The notes under the pieces were generated by a model. The model saw only the letters and a program-made list of their open reading frames with translations, searched no databases and was not told where the DNA came from. The position numbers and the translations under genes are program-made. From Dehalococcoidia bacterium (GTDB taxonomy: Bacteria > Chloroflexota > Dehalococcoidia > Lucifugimonadales > Lucifugimonadaceae), in contig JAPYSM010000001.1 in assembly GCA_029936485.1 (NCBI GenBank), positions 1-42,414 on the forward strand: a stretch of 42,414 nucleotides of DNA, read 5' to 3'. The number at the start of each line of letters is the position of its first letter. Position 1 is the stretch's first letter. This document shows, piece by piece, positions 17,308-29,400 of the stretch.

Positions 17308-18495
17308 TTGGCTTACACAGCTATCAAGTCCTGGCTCGATTCCGAGCTGGACGATATACGGGCCGCCGGTCTGTTCAAGGCTGAGCAGGTTATCGAGACG
17401 CCACAGGGTGCTCGGGTGACGACCAACGCCGGGCCGCGCATCAACTTCTGCGCCAACAACTACCTCGGGCTTGCGGATCATCTAGAGATTCTGGAGGCGG
17501 TATCGTCCGGGCTCCAGAGCCACGGTTACGGCATGGCTTCCGTACGATTTATCTGCGGCACACAGGACATTCACAAGGAGCTGGAGGCCCGGATTAGCCA
17601 GTTCCTTGGGACAGAAGACACGATCCTCTACAGCTCTTGTTTCGACGCCAATACCGGCCTGTTTGAGACGCTGCTCGGCCGTGAAGACGCCGTCATCAGC
17701 GATGAACTGAACCACGCCTCGATCATCGACGGCATACGACTGTGCCGGGCCGACCGAAAGCGCTATCTTCATAGCGACATGGCCGATCTCGAAGCTAAGT
17801 TGCAGGAGTCCTCGGACGCCAGATTCAGGTTGATCGCCACCGACGGTGTGTTCAGCATGCAGGGCGATCTCGCAAAGCTGGAAGAGATCTGCGACCTGGC
17901 CGATAAGTACGACGCGATGGTGATGGTGGACGATTCCCACTCGACCGGGTTCGTCGGCCCGGGTGGGCGAGGCACGCCCGCACAGCTCGGCGTAGAGGGC
18001 CGTGTGGACATCATCACCAGCACGCTCGGCAAGGCGCTCGGGGGCGCATCAGGCGGGTTCACCACTGGCCATTCCGAGATCGTGTCCTATCTCCGTCAAC
18101 GTTCTCGCCCGTATCTGTTCTCAAACACCCTCCCACCGCTCGTTGTTGTGGGCGCGTTGAAGGCGTTGGAGCTGGTCGAACGGCATCCCGAACTTCGAGA
18201 GAGGTTATGGGCGAACACCCGCTATTTCCGTGACCGTATGACAGGTTTCGGTTTTGAACTTATCCCGGGCGATCATCCGATCGTCCCCGTGATGCTGCGG
18301 GACGAGATCAAGACGGTGGAGATGGCTGCGGCGATGAATCGGCGGGGCATCTTCGTCGTGGGATTCAGCTTCCCGGTTGTTCCGAGAGGCGAGGCCCGTA
18401 TCCGAGTCCAGATGTCGGCGGCGCACGATCGATCACAACTGGACGAAGCCCTGGATGCGTTCCAGGACGTCGGCGCAGAGTTGGGCGTGATTTGA
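17308..18495 (+). CDS. kbl: Glycine C-acetyltransferase (2-amino-3-ketobutyrate CoA ligase)
   Basis: The block [43 protein letters not shown] and the PLP-lysine region [14 protein letters not shown] closely match Kbl. The ORF track starts at TTG 17287, but the in-frame TTG 17308 has GGGAG 7 nt upstream. Confidence 0.9.
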   Translation: MAYTAIKSWLDSELDDIRAAGLFKAEQVIETPQGARVTTNAGPRINFCANNYLGLADHLEILEAVSSGLQSHGYGMASVRFICGTQDIHKELEARISQFLGTEDTILYSSCFDANTGLFETLLGREDAVISDELNHASIIDGIRLCRADRKRYLHSDMADLEAKLQESSDARFRLIATDGVFSMQGDLAKLEEICDLADKYDAMVMVDDSHSTGFVGPGGRGTPAQLGVEGRVDIITSTLGKALGGASGGFTTGHSEIVSYLRQRSRPYLFSNTLPPLVVVGALKALELVERHPELRERLWANTRYFRDRMTGFGFELIPGDHPIVPVMLRDEIKTVEMAAAMNRRGIFVVGFSFPVVPRGEARIRVQMSAAHDRSQLDEALDAFQDVGAELGVI

Positions 18496-19295
18496 GCTCA
18501 TCAACATTGAATTTCGATCCGTCACGACTGCCGACGCCATTCCCGGATGAACTGGCGGGAAAGGTCGCGGTCGTAACCGGCGCGGGACGTGGCATGGGAC
18601 GTGCCGTGGCCCTACGCCTTTCCGCTGCGGGTGCTTCGGTTGTGGTCAACGATCTGTCCGTGGAGGCGGCCGAGGCCACGGCCGTGATGTTGCGCGACGC
18701 CGGAGGCCGGGCGATCGCCATCAGCGGCAATGTCACGAACTCTTCCGATGTCGCCGCCGTAATGGACCGTGCGGTCTCCGGGTTCGGGGCGCTTCACATA
18801 CTGGTGAACGCGGCAGGCGTGCTTCGCCGGACCGCGGTGTTCGACATGGGCGAAGACGAGTGGGACTTCGTGATCGGCGTGAATCTGAAGGGCACGTTCC
18901 TGCCCTCCCGCGCCGTTCTTCCGGCGATGCGTGAAGCTGGATGGGGCCGCATCGTCAACTTCTCGTCCACCGCAGGCAAGACCACCAGCACTCTTGGCAG
19001 TGCCGCCTATACGTCTTCCAAGCACGCCGTACTGGGGCTCACACGCCACCTCGCGATGGAGGAGGCGTCACACGGCATCACCGTCAACGCGGTCTGCCCC
19101 GGCCTGATCGACACGGAGATGGTTCAGGACGAGATCGACGAGGCACGCAAGGCCGCATACGCCAATAGCTTTCCGATATCCCGCTTGGGCGAGCCCTCAG
19201 AGGTAGCGGAACTAGTCGCTTTCCTTGCGTCCGACCGCGCCGCCTACATCACGGGGGCAGCGCTGGACATAAGCGGCGGAGATTTGATGGTCTAG
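18492..19295 (+). CDS. Classical short-chain dehydrogenase/reductase (FabG-like), coupled to kbl
   Basis: TGAGRGMG cofactor motif, NAAG, and catalytic S...YTSSK. The start overlaps the kbl stop. Confidence 0.85.
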   Translation: MSSSTLNFDPSRLPTPFPDELAGKVAVVTGAGRGMGRAVALRLSAAGASVVVNDLSVEAAEATAVMLRDAGGRAIAISGNVTNSSDVAAVMDRAVSGFGALHILVNAAGVLRRTAVFDMGEDEWDFVIGVNLKGTFLPSRAVLPAMREAGWGRIVNFSSTAGKTTSTLGSAAYTSSKHAVLGLTRHLAMEEASHGITVNAVCPGLIDTEMVQDEIDEARKAAYANSFPISRLGEPSEVAELVAFLASDRAAYITGAALDISGGDLMV

Positions 19296-19378
19296 AGCGC
19301 TGGTTAACACCCCAATTTGATTCACCTTTTACCGTCATAAGGGCGGATGGCAATCCGCCTGTGGACGGGCCGCCGCTT

Positions 19379-19397
19379 GCGCCATATGCGCGTTTTT
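19379..19397 (+). terminator. Weak intrinsic terminator candidate after the kbl-SDR operon
   Basis: GCGC catat GCGC followed by GTTTTT. The stem is only 4 bp. Confidence 0.25.
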
Positions 19398-19429
19398 CGA
19401 CCATCGGGGTGATGTCAGGAGGAAGCCGC

Positions 19430-22093
19430 CTACGTCTCCTCCTGAATTTCCGCCAGGATCGTCGCAACGAAGCGCTCTCCGTCCATGTCACCCTCAATAA
19501 CGTCAACACCCGAAGCGTTCGCTCCATCGTTGACATCACTGATGACCCCGGTCAACACTGACAAACTATCGGCGTTGCCGGCAAGTGACAGCGATGCCAG
19601 AGGGCGGCCCATGCCTAGTCCCATGTCCGTCTTGGCCTTTCGAACGGCCGCAATAGCATCGCAAGCCACAGCGAACGAGTCATCGCTATTAGGGTCAGGT
19701 ATGCCTTCAAACTCGGCTGCCGACGGCCAATCCGCTATGTGAATCGACTGTTTGCCGGTTTGTTCAGCGAAAGTCCATGACCAGACATCGTCGGTGATCG
19801 TGGGGACGAATGGAGCGAACAGCCGCATCGTCACATTCAGCCCCAAACGAAGCGTCGCTATCGCCGACGCCCTGCCCTCCGGGTCCTCGTCCGTACGGGT
19901 TCGCTTTTTGACAAGCTCAAGGTAGTTATCGGTGAACGCACTCCAGAAGAACGATTCGGTCTCTTCCAGCGCACGTGAGTACTCAAACTCCTCGAACGCC
20001 GCGGTGGCGCGCTCGACCAGCTTCTTCAACTCGGCAATAAACGCAAGATCGAGCTCGTTCGTGATCTCGCCCTCGGGACCTTCTTGCGACAACACAAACT
20101 TGCCGGCGTTGTAGATTTTCGTGACGAGTCGTTTGCCCACCCGGAATACCTGCTCATCAAATGCAGTGTCCGCGCCCAGACGTGCACTCCCCGCCCAGTA
20201 GCGGATCGCGTCTGCGCCGTACTCCTCTAGCATCCCGGTCGGCGTCACCACGTTACCGCGGCTCTTGCTCATCTTCTTGCGGTCCGGATCCAGGATCCAG
20301 CCGCTGAGCACGACGTTGTGCCACGGAACCTCGTCGTGGTGGAGCATCGACTTGGCGATCGTGTAGAACGCCCATGTCCGGATGATGTCGTGCGCCTGTG
20401 GGCGGACATCCATCGGGAACAGATTGTCCATCTTGTCCCCATCCTGGCCCCAGCGAGCGCCGATCTGTGGGGAGAGTGAGCTTGTGAACCATGTGTCGAA
20501 AACATCAGGCTCTCCGGCGAATCCACCCGGCTGCCCGCGTTGCGACTCTTCAAAGCCAGGCGCCACCGAGGACATCGGGTCCATTGGCAGCATTTCTCGC
20601 GTTGCCAGGATCGGATCCGAGTAGACCGGATTCGCCTGATCATCCAGTCGGTACCAGACCGGGAACTGGACTCCAAAATACCGTTGCCGGCTGATCGCCC
20701 AGTCCAGCCCGAGGTTTGCGGTCCAGTCTTCGTAGCGCTTGCCCATGTAGGCGGGGTGCCACTTGATCTGCCGGCCCTTCTCGATGAGCTGGTCCTTCTT
20801 GTCCATCAGGCGAACAAACCATTGGCGGCTGGTCAGGTATTCGAGAGGACTATCACCCTTCTCAAAGAAACGCACGGCGTGTTTGATCCGGCGCGGTTCG
20901 CCCTGGAGCGGTGCATCACCGCCTGCGATGGCCGCGTTGGCAGAGTCTTGGAGTTGCTCAACGACGATTCGTCGGGCCTGGTTGACGCGCTTGCCGATGA
21001 TCTCGGCGTAGTTGGCGTTGGCGAGTTCAGGGTCGTTGCTCTCCCAGCCGTCGTCTCCGTAGTGGCGATCGACGATGAGTCCGTTGCGGCCCAGCACCTG
21101 TCGCAGCTGCAGCGACTGCTCACGCCACCACTGCACGTCTGTCTGGTCTCCGAAGGAACAGACCATCAACACGCCGGTGCCCTTTTCGGGGTCGGCCAGC
21201 TCGGTCGCGAAGATCGGCACCGGCACGCGGTAAACCGGGGAAATCGCCATCTTGCCGAATAGCGACTTGTAGCGCTCATCATCCGGGTGCGCGGCGATTC
21301 CTACGCACGCCGCCAGTAGCTCCGGCCGGGTGGTGGCGATTACAAAGCTGCCGCCGTCTTCTGTCCCGAACTCAATATCGTGGAACGCTCCGTCGCGCTC
21401 ACGGTCTTCGACCTCCGCCTGCGCTACCGCGGTAGCGAAATCGACATCCCACATCGTGGGAGCATCGACCTGGTAGATGTAGCCCTTCTCGTAAAGGTCC
21501 AGGAAGCTGAGCTGGGCGATGCCACGTGATCGGTCGTCGATCGTGGCGTACTCCTCGTTCCAGTCGACCGAAAGCCCGAGCATCTTCCACAGGTCTTTGA
21601 AGGCCACCTCGTCTTCCGCCGTGACGATGTGACACAGCTCGATGAAGTTTCTGCGGGAGATCACCGTCGGGCGCGGGAGGTCCCGGGGCTTCGTTTTCGG
21701 GTCCACGCGTTCGACCTTGAGGTCCCCGTCGTACGCCATGAACGGGTCGGATCGGACGTTGAACACGTTCTGGACACGTCGTTCCGTGGGAAGGCCGTTG
21801 TCGTCCCAGCCCATCGGGTAAAAGATGTTCCGGCCCTTCATCCGCTGATAACGAACGATCAGATCCTGGTGTGTGTACGAGAACACGTGGCCCACGTGCA
21901 GAGAACCGCTGGCGGTGGGCGGCGGTGTATCGACAACGAAGGTCTCTTCCCGCGGACGCGACGGGTCAAAACTGTGGATTCCCCACTCGTCCCATAGCGC
22001 ACGCCAGCGCGGCTCCGCCTCTTCCGGCTCGAAGCGCCGGGGCAGTGCCGATACGTCGACCGGCTTCACCCATTTTCGTTCCGTCGTTGCCAT
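19430..22093 (-). CDS. valS: Valine--tRNA ligase
   Basis: HIGH-type motif HVGHVFSYTHQD and KMSKS. The ORF track starts at 22126, but ATG 22093 (MATTERKW...) has AGGA 7 nt upstream and leaves room after the leader terminator. Confidence 0.95.
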   Translation of the reverse strand: MATTERKWVKPVDVSALPRRFEPEEAEPRWRALWDEWGIHSFDPSRPREETFVVDTPPPTASGSLHVGHVFSYTHQDLIVRYQRMKGRNIFYPMGWDDNGLPTERRVQNVFNVRSDPFMAYDGDLKVERVDPKTKPRDLPRPTVISRRNFIELCHIVTAEDEVAFKDLWKMLGLSVDWNEEYATIDDRSRGIAQLSFLDLYEKGYIYQVDAPTMWDVDFATAVAQAEVEDRERDGAFHDIEFGTEDGGSFVIATTRPELLAACVGIAAHPDDERYKSLFGKMAISPVYRVPVPIFATELADPEKGTGVLMVCSFGDQTDVQWWREQSLQLRQVLGRNGLIVDRHYGDDGWESNDPELANANYAEIIGKRVNQARRIVVEQLQDSANAAIAGGDAPLQGEPRRIKHAVRFFEKGDSPLEYLTSRQWFVRLMDKKDQLIEKGRQIKWHPAYMGKRYEDWTANLGLDWAISRQRYFGVQFPVWYRLDDQANPVYSDPILATREMLPMDPMSSVAPGFEESQRGQPGGFAGEPDVFDTWFTSSLSPQIGARWGQDGDKMDNLFPMDVRPQAHDIIRTWAFYTIAKSMLHHDEVPWHNVVLSGWILDPDRKKMSKSRGNVVTPTGMLEEYGADAIRYWAGSARLGADTAFDEQVFRVGKRLVTKIYNAGKFVLSQEGPEGEITNELDLAFIAELKKLVERATAAFEEFEYSRALEETESFFWSAFTDNYLELVKKRTRTDEDPEGRASAIATLRLGLNVTMRLFAPFVPTITDDVWSWTFAEQTGKQSIHIADWPSAAEFEGIPDPNSDDSFAVACDAIAAVRKAKTDMGLGMGRPLASLSLAGNADSLSVLTGVISDVNDGANASGVDVIEGDMDGERFVATILAEIQEET

Positions 22094-22137
22094 TATTTGT
22101 CCTGTATCTGATCTTGATACCACCATAAAACGGCGGG

Positions 22138-22170
22138 AAATAAAAAACCCCGTCCCTCAAAGGACGGGGC
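22138..22170 (-). terminator. Intrinsic terminator of the T-box leader
   Basis: Minus strand CCCCGUCC uuugag GGACGGGG followed by UUUUUUAUUU, ending 45 nt before ATG 22093. Confidence 0.85.
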
Positions 22171-22390
22171 GTTTCGCCTCGCGGTACCACCTTCGTTGCC
22201 TTGACCTGATTGCAAATCAAGACCACTCGATGCTGTTAACGGTAGCTGCCGTTCACCCCTTACTCGTTGTTCGAGTTCAGGCTGACCGCTCCGGGATGAC
22301 TTCTCGTCTGGCATGTGGCGCCGGGATCACAGCATCCCCGGCTCTCTCTTGCCTGCCACTGCGGTACTACTTCCCATCTCTGCGTTACAT
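22138..22390 (-). promoter_or_regulatory. T-box riboswitch leader (Val specifier GUC) controlling valS
   Basis: On the minus strand: AGAGAG-type Stem I elements; specifier loop ...GAGAA-GUC-A... with GUC at 22300..22298; a Stem III hairpin (CUUGAUU ugc AAUCAGG); the T-box core AACGAAGGUGGUACCGCG at 22197..22180; then the terminator. Confidence 0.85.
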
Positions 22391-22393
22391 TTG

Positions 22394-22423
22394 ACGCTAG
22401 CACGAGGCGACGCAGGAGGTCAA
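22394..22423 (-). promoter_or_regulatory. Candidate sigma-70 promoter for the T-box/valS transcript
   Basis: Minus strand TTGACC (22423..22418), an 18-nt spacer, then TAGCGT (22399..22394). Confidence 0.3.
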
Positions 22424-22463
22424 TCTGCCGAATCCGTAGCCGAGATGTTTTCGCACCTTGCTA

Positions 22464-23348
22464 TTACGTACGAACCGGGCGGCGGGTCATTCGTCTTGCG
22501 TAGCGTGGAGGCGACTCATACGTGTGGAGGTCGCCGAGATCTATGAATGGCCTGGTGGCAGTCTCGTCTCTGTTTTTTCGTGCCTGGGCTAGTCGCATGC
22601 GTTCCAAAATCTCCAGCCCCTTGCGCGTGTCGCTGGCGATACGAGCCGGATCTGCCTTCTTGAACCGCCGCTGGAACAACCAGTACGTAAAATGGTCTAC
22701 GTTGCTCAGATTGCCAGTTGCACGTTCCGGGCCACGCGACTGTCGACGCACCTTCCGACCGGTCTCTCCCCCGAACTCGGTTATCAACTCGGCACGTGTT
22801 GCGCCGTAAAGGATTTCATAGGCCACGTCGGCTCCGACATCATCCGGCGCAAAGCCGCGGGCATATCGTCGTTTTCGGACCTCTTCTTCCACGGCCAGCA
22901 AAATCGCCTGTTCAACCGTGACCCCGTAGAAGTAGTTGAGGAATCCCGCGCCCTTTGCGAATCCAATTAGCCGACGAAACTCTTCTTCCTTCAATCCGGC
23001 AGGAAGCGCCCAGTCAAGTAACAGCTGCTCCCGATCTTCCTCAGGGATCGGGATGTCGCGGGCCTTGAGAATTCGTTCCGCAAGAGACCGCCAGTCGAAA
23101 GCTTCACCCGCAAGTAGATATACAAAATTCCGGCCATCGATCTGCTCGGACGCCAGAGGCCACAGCGCCATCGTCTCGATGAGCGACAGGCGCCAGTCCC
23201 TGCCGGGGTCGCCCACTGCCATCCGGAACCTCTCGAGGAGTTCCTCTGGATCCGTGGCCGCTGCCTCGGCCGTGATCACTTCACCGGACTCGATCGGCTG
23301 AAGTTCCTCCGGCTCTAGTGGTTCGCCTGGACCCGGTATCGGCGTCAT
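22464..23348 (-). CDS. Hypothetical 294-aa protein translationally coupled to polX
   Basis: The ATG overlaps the polX stop (ATGA). The N-terminus is acidic and the C-terminus basic. I recognised no motif. Confidence 0.6.
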   Translation of the reverse strand: MTPIPGPGEPLEPEELQPIESGEVITAEAAATDPEELLERFRMAVGDPGRDWRLSLIETMALWPLASEQIDGRNFVYLLAGEAFDWRSLAERILKARDIPIPEEDREQLLLDWALPAGLKEEEFRRLIGFAKGAGFLNYFYGVTVEQAILLAVEEEVRKRRYARGFAPDDVGADVAYEILYGATRAELITEFGGETGRKVRRQSRGPERATGNLSNVDHFTYWLFQRRFKKADPARIASDTRKGLEILERMRLAQARKNRDETATRPFIDLGDLHTYESPPRYARRMTRRPVRT

Positions 23349-25162
23349 CCGGTTACAGCCTGCTCGGTGATGAAAGATGCGCGTTCCGGTTTCGGCGTGT
23401 CAAGGAAACGTTCGAACTCCGCTACCGGGAGCGTGTTAAGCACTTCTCGTCTCTCGGCCCAGCCACGCCGTGCGTTACCTACACCGTACCGCAACTGATC
23501 CAGATCGCCCGGATTATGTGCGTCGGTGTTAATCAGGAATCGCACCCCCAGTTCCCGGGCTTGCCGGATGTGTGAATCTTTCAGGTCCATTCGCTTGGGT
23601 GAAGCATTTATCTCCATCAGCGTCCCGTTGGAGGCGGCGGCACGGAAGATGGCGGCAAAATCGGCCTCCACCGGTGGCCTGTTGAGCACAAATCGTGTCG
23701 TCAGGTGGCCGATGGCGGTCACGTGTGGATTTTCGATGGCCTTGATGATTCTTGCCGTCATGACATCGGATTCCTGTGACATTCCGGAGTGCACAGATGC
23801 GATAACGATATCCAGCTCCGCCAGCACTTCATCGGTGTAATCCAGCGTGCCGTCGGCGCGAATGTCCACCTCCGTGCCCTTGAAGACCCGGATACCGCCT
23901 GCGGCCCGTTCAACCTCGAGGACCTGTTCGTTATGTGCAGCGAGGCGCTCTACCGATAAACCGTTGGCGATCCCTCGCCCTGACGAGTGGTCCGTCATCG
24001 CGACGTATTCAAGACCACGTAAAGCCGCCTCACGCACCATTTCCTCCATCGGCACACGGCCATCGGACCAGTCACTGTGCACGTGGAGATCGCCACAAAT
24101 CTGTGATAGTTCCACTAGGTCTGGGAGATTCCCCGATTCTGCGGCGACAATCTCGCCAAGGTCCTCACGTATCTCGGGCGGGATGTATGGCAGGTTCAGC
24201 GCTCTGTATACACCGGCCTCGGTGTCGTACGGAGTCAGTTCGTCGCTCTCTTTGTCCGTGAGTCCGTATTCGTTGAGGGATAATCCAATCTTTTGGGCCC
24301 GGGCCCGGAGGCTGATTCCGTGTTGCTTGCTGCCCGAAAAGTACAGCAGCAACGCACCAAAGTGCCGTTCGTCAGACACGCGAAGGTCTATCTGGACGCC
24401 ACCGGTGACGATAACGCTGGCTTTCGTGCCGCCCTGCCCTAGGATGTCCACGACCATGGGCAGCGCGGCGAAAGCGGCAGTCACAGACTCTGGATCATCG
24501 GCCACACCGAGTATGTCGATATCTCCGGCTGTATCTCGCCAGCGTCGGACGCTTCCGGCGACGGTGAGTCTGCGCACTTCGGCCGCGGTTTCATATAGCG
24601 CGGAGATGACCTGCTCGGCTATCGGAAGGGCCTTTCCTATGGGCATCCGATCGGCCTGGCTGAACCGCGCTTCGAGGTGATTCAGGATGCTCTGGGCCTT
24701 CTTAACTCCCACACGCGGGAGCGTCGCAAAGGAGCCGTCTCTTATGGCCGCCTCAAGGTCTTCTATCGACTCGACGCCGAGGTCCTCTGAGGCACGTAAC
24801 GCCGTCTTTGGGCCAACTTCGGGCACCGTCATGATGTCGAGCAACCCGGGTGCGAATTCGCCGCGCAGTTTCTCGAAATACTCCATCTTCCCAGTGGTGA
24901 CGAGTTCGTGGGTCTTCGACGCGATGGCGTCGCCAATCCCTGGGATCTCCTGGAGTTGACCTGCGTCTTGGGCAAGGAGTGCCACCTGACCTGGAAGATG
25001 CTCAAACACCTCGGCGGCCCGAGTGTATGCGCGGATTTTGAACACGGACTCACCCTTGAGCTTAAGCAGGGTGGCTATATCAGCGAAGACGCGCGCAACG
25101 TCCTGGTTATCCAGAGATCGACCCGTTGAGGTTCCTGAGATCTGTTGTTCAAATTCCGGCAT
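23345..25162 (-). CDS. polX: DNA polymerase X family protein with C-terminal PHP phosphoesterase domain
   Basis: HhH-rich N-terminus, Pol-beta nucleotidyltransferase motif GSVRRWRDTAGDIDIL, and PHP motifs DLHVHSDWSDG ... MTDHS ... NTDAH. Confidence 0.9.
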   Translation of the reverse strand: MPEFEQQISGTSTGRSLDNQDVARVFADIATLLKLKGESVFKIRAYTRAAEVFEHLPGQVALLAQDAGQLQEIPGIGDAIASKTHELVTTGKMEYFEKLRGEFAPGLLDIMTVPEVGPKTALRASEDLGVESIEDLEAAIRDGSFATLPRVGVKKAQSILNHLEARFSQADRMPIGKALPIAEQVISALYETAAEVRRLTVAGSVRRWRDTAGDIDILGVADDPESVTAAFAALPMVVDILGQGGTKASVIVTGGVQIDLRVSDERHFGALLLYFSGSKQHGISLRARAQKIGLSLNEYGLTDKESDELTPYDTEAGVYRALNLPYIPPEIREDLGEIVAAESGNLPDLVELSQICGDLHVHSDWSDGRVPMEEMVREAALRGLEYVAMTDHSSGRGIANGLSVERLAAHNEQVLEVERAAGGIRVFKGTEVDIRADGTLDYTDEVLAELDIVIASVHSGMSQESDVMTARIIKAIENPHVTAIGHLTTRFVLNRPPVEADFAAIFRAAASNGTLMEINASPKRMDLKDSHIRQARELGVRFLINTDAHNPGDLDQLRYGVGNARRGWAERREVLNTLPVAEFERFLDTPKPERASFITEQAVTG

Positions 25163-25207
25163 AACCGAACATTTTATCGGAATTCCTGTTCGTTTCAGGC
25201 GCTTGGC

Positions 25208-27910
<2,703 letters not shown>

Positions 27911-27955
27911 GTAATCCCCGGCGTCAGATTTCGTGTCAGGCGCGGGTTTTCGGTT

Positions 27956-28918
<963 letters not shown>

Positions 28919-29120
28919 GTTACGATCTGTCCCGATGCGGCGCTGTATGCGAGATCAGTCGGACACGATGTCATGACGCACTTTCGATACCCTCACAATG
29001 ATGCACGGGGCATCACACAGGTTTCGGTCAGGGATACTTCAATATTCCCCCCCGACCGTGCAGGAGCGAGCGAAGACTAACGCCATATGTTCGTGCCGCC
29101 GTCGCTTAACGGCTCGCTGG

Positions 29121-29129
29121 ATTGTAGCA
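29121..29129 (-). promoter_or_regulatory. Candidate extended -10 promoter (TGcTACAAT) upstream of prs
   Basis: The minus strand reads GTGCTACAAT: TG at 29129..29128 and TACAAT at 29126..29121. The -35 region is weak. It would give a leader of about 195 nt. Confidence 0.35.
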
Positions 29130-29133
29130 CTGG

Positions 29134-29154
29134 GAAGTGAAGAATCTTCACTTC
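29134..29154. promoter_or_regulatory. Perfect 21-bp palindrome GAAGTGAAGA-A-TCTTCACTTC overlapping the -35/spacer of the candidate prs promoter
   Basis: 10-bp arms with a 1-nt centre, read directly from the sequence. The geometry fits a dimeric repressor operator. Confidence 0.4.
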
Positions 29155-29400
29155 TGGGCAAACGGTGGCGCCGAGTATCCCCACGCCAGCTCCACGTCGC
29201 CTCTACATTTGGGGTATGCCTTGAATAACAACATGGCATCGCTCCTGTGGCGGGTGCTCGCACCGCCAGATAAGTGCGTTAAGTGAAAATTGTCGGTCCG
29301 AGGCTAGGCGTTTGGTACACCGTCAACACAAATATCGGCATACGTGCAGACACTCATTCTGGGGGCGAAATCATCGTAATTCGCGTTGTTCGACGCCTTC

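Noticed and set aside
20540-21262. 240-aa plus-strand ORF inside valS, along with several other ORFs antisense to valS
   Set aside because: It is entirely contained in the strongly supported valS coding region, with low-complexity Arg/Leu/Val-rich sequence. A shadow ORF.
23847-24680. 277-aa plus-strand ORF inside polX
   Set aside because: Antisense to polX, which has clear Pol-beta and PHP motifs. The sequence is Ser/Arg/Pro-rich and non-protein-like.
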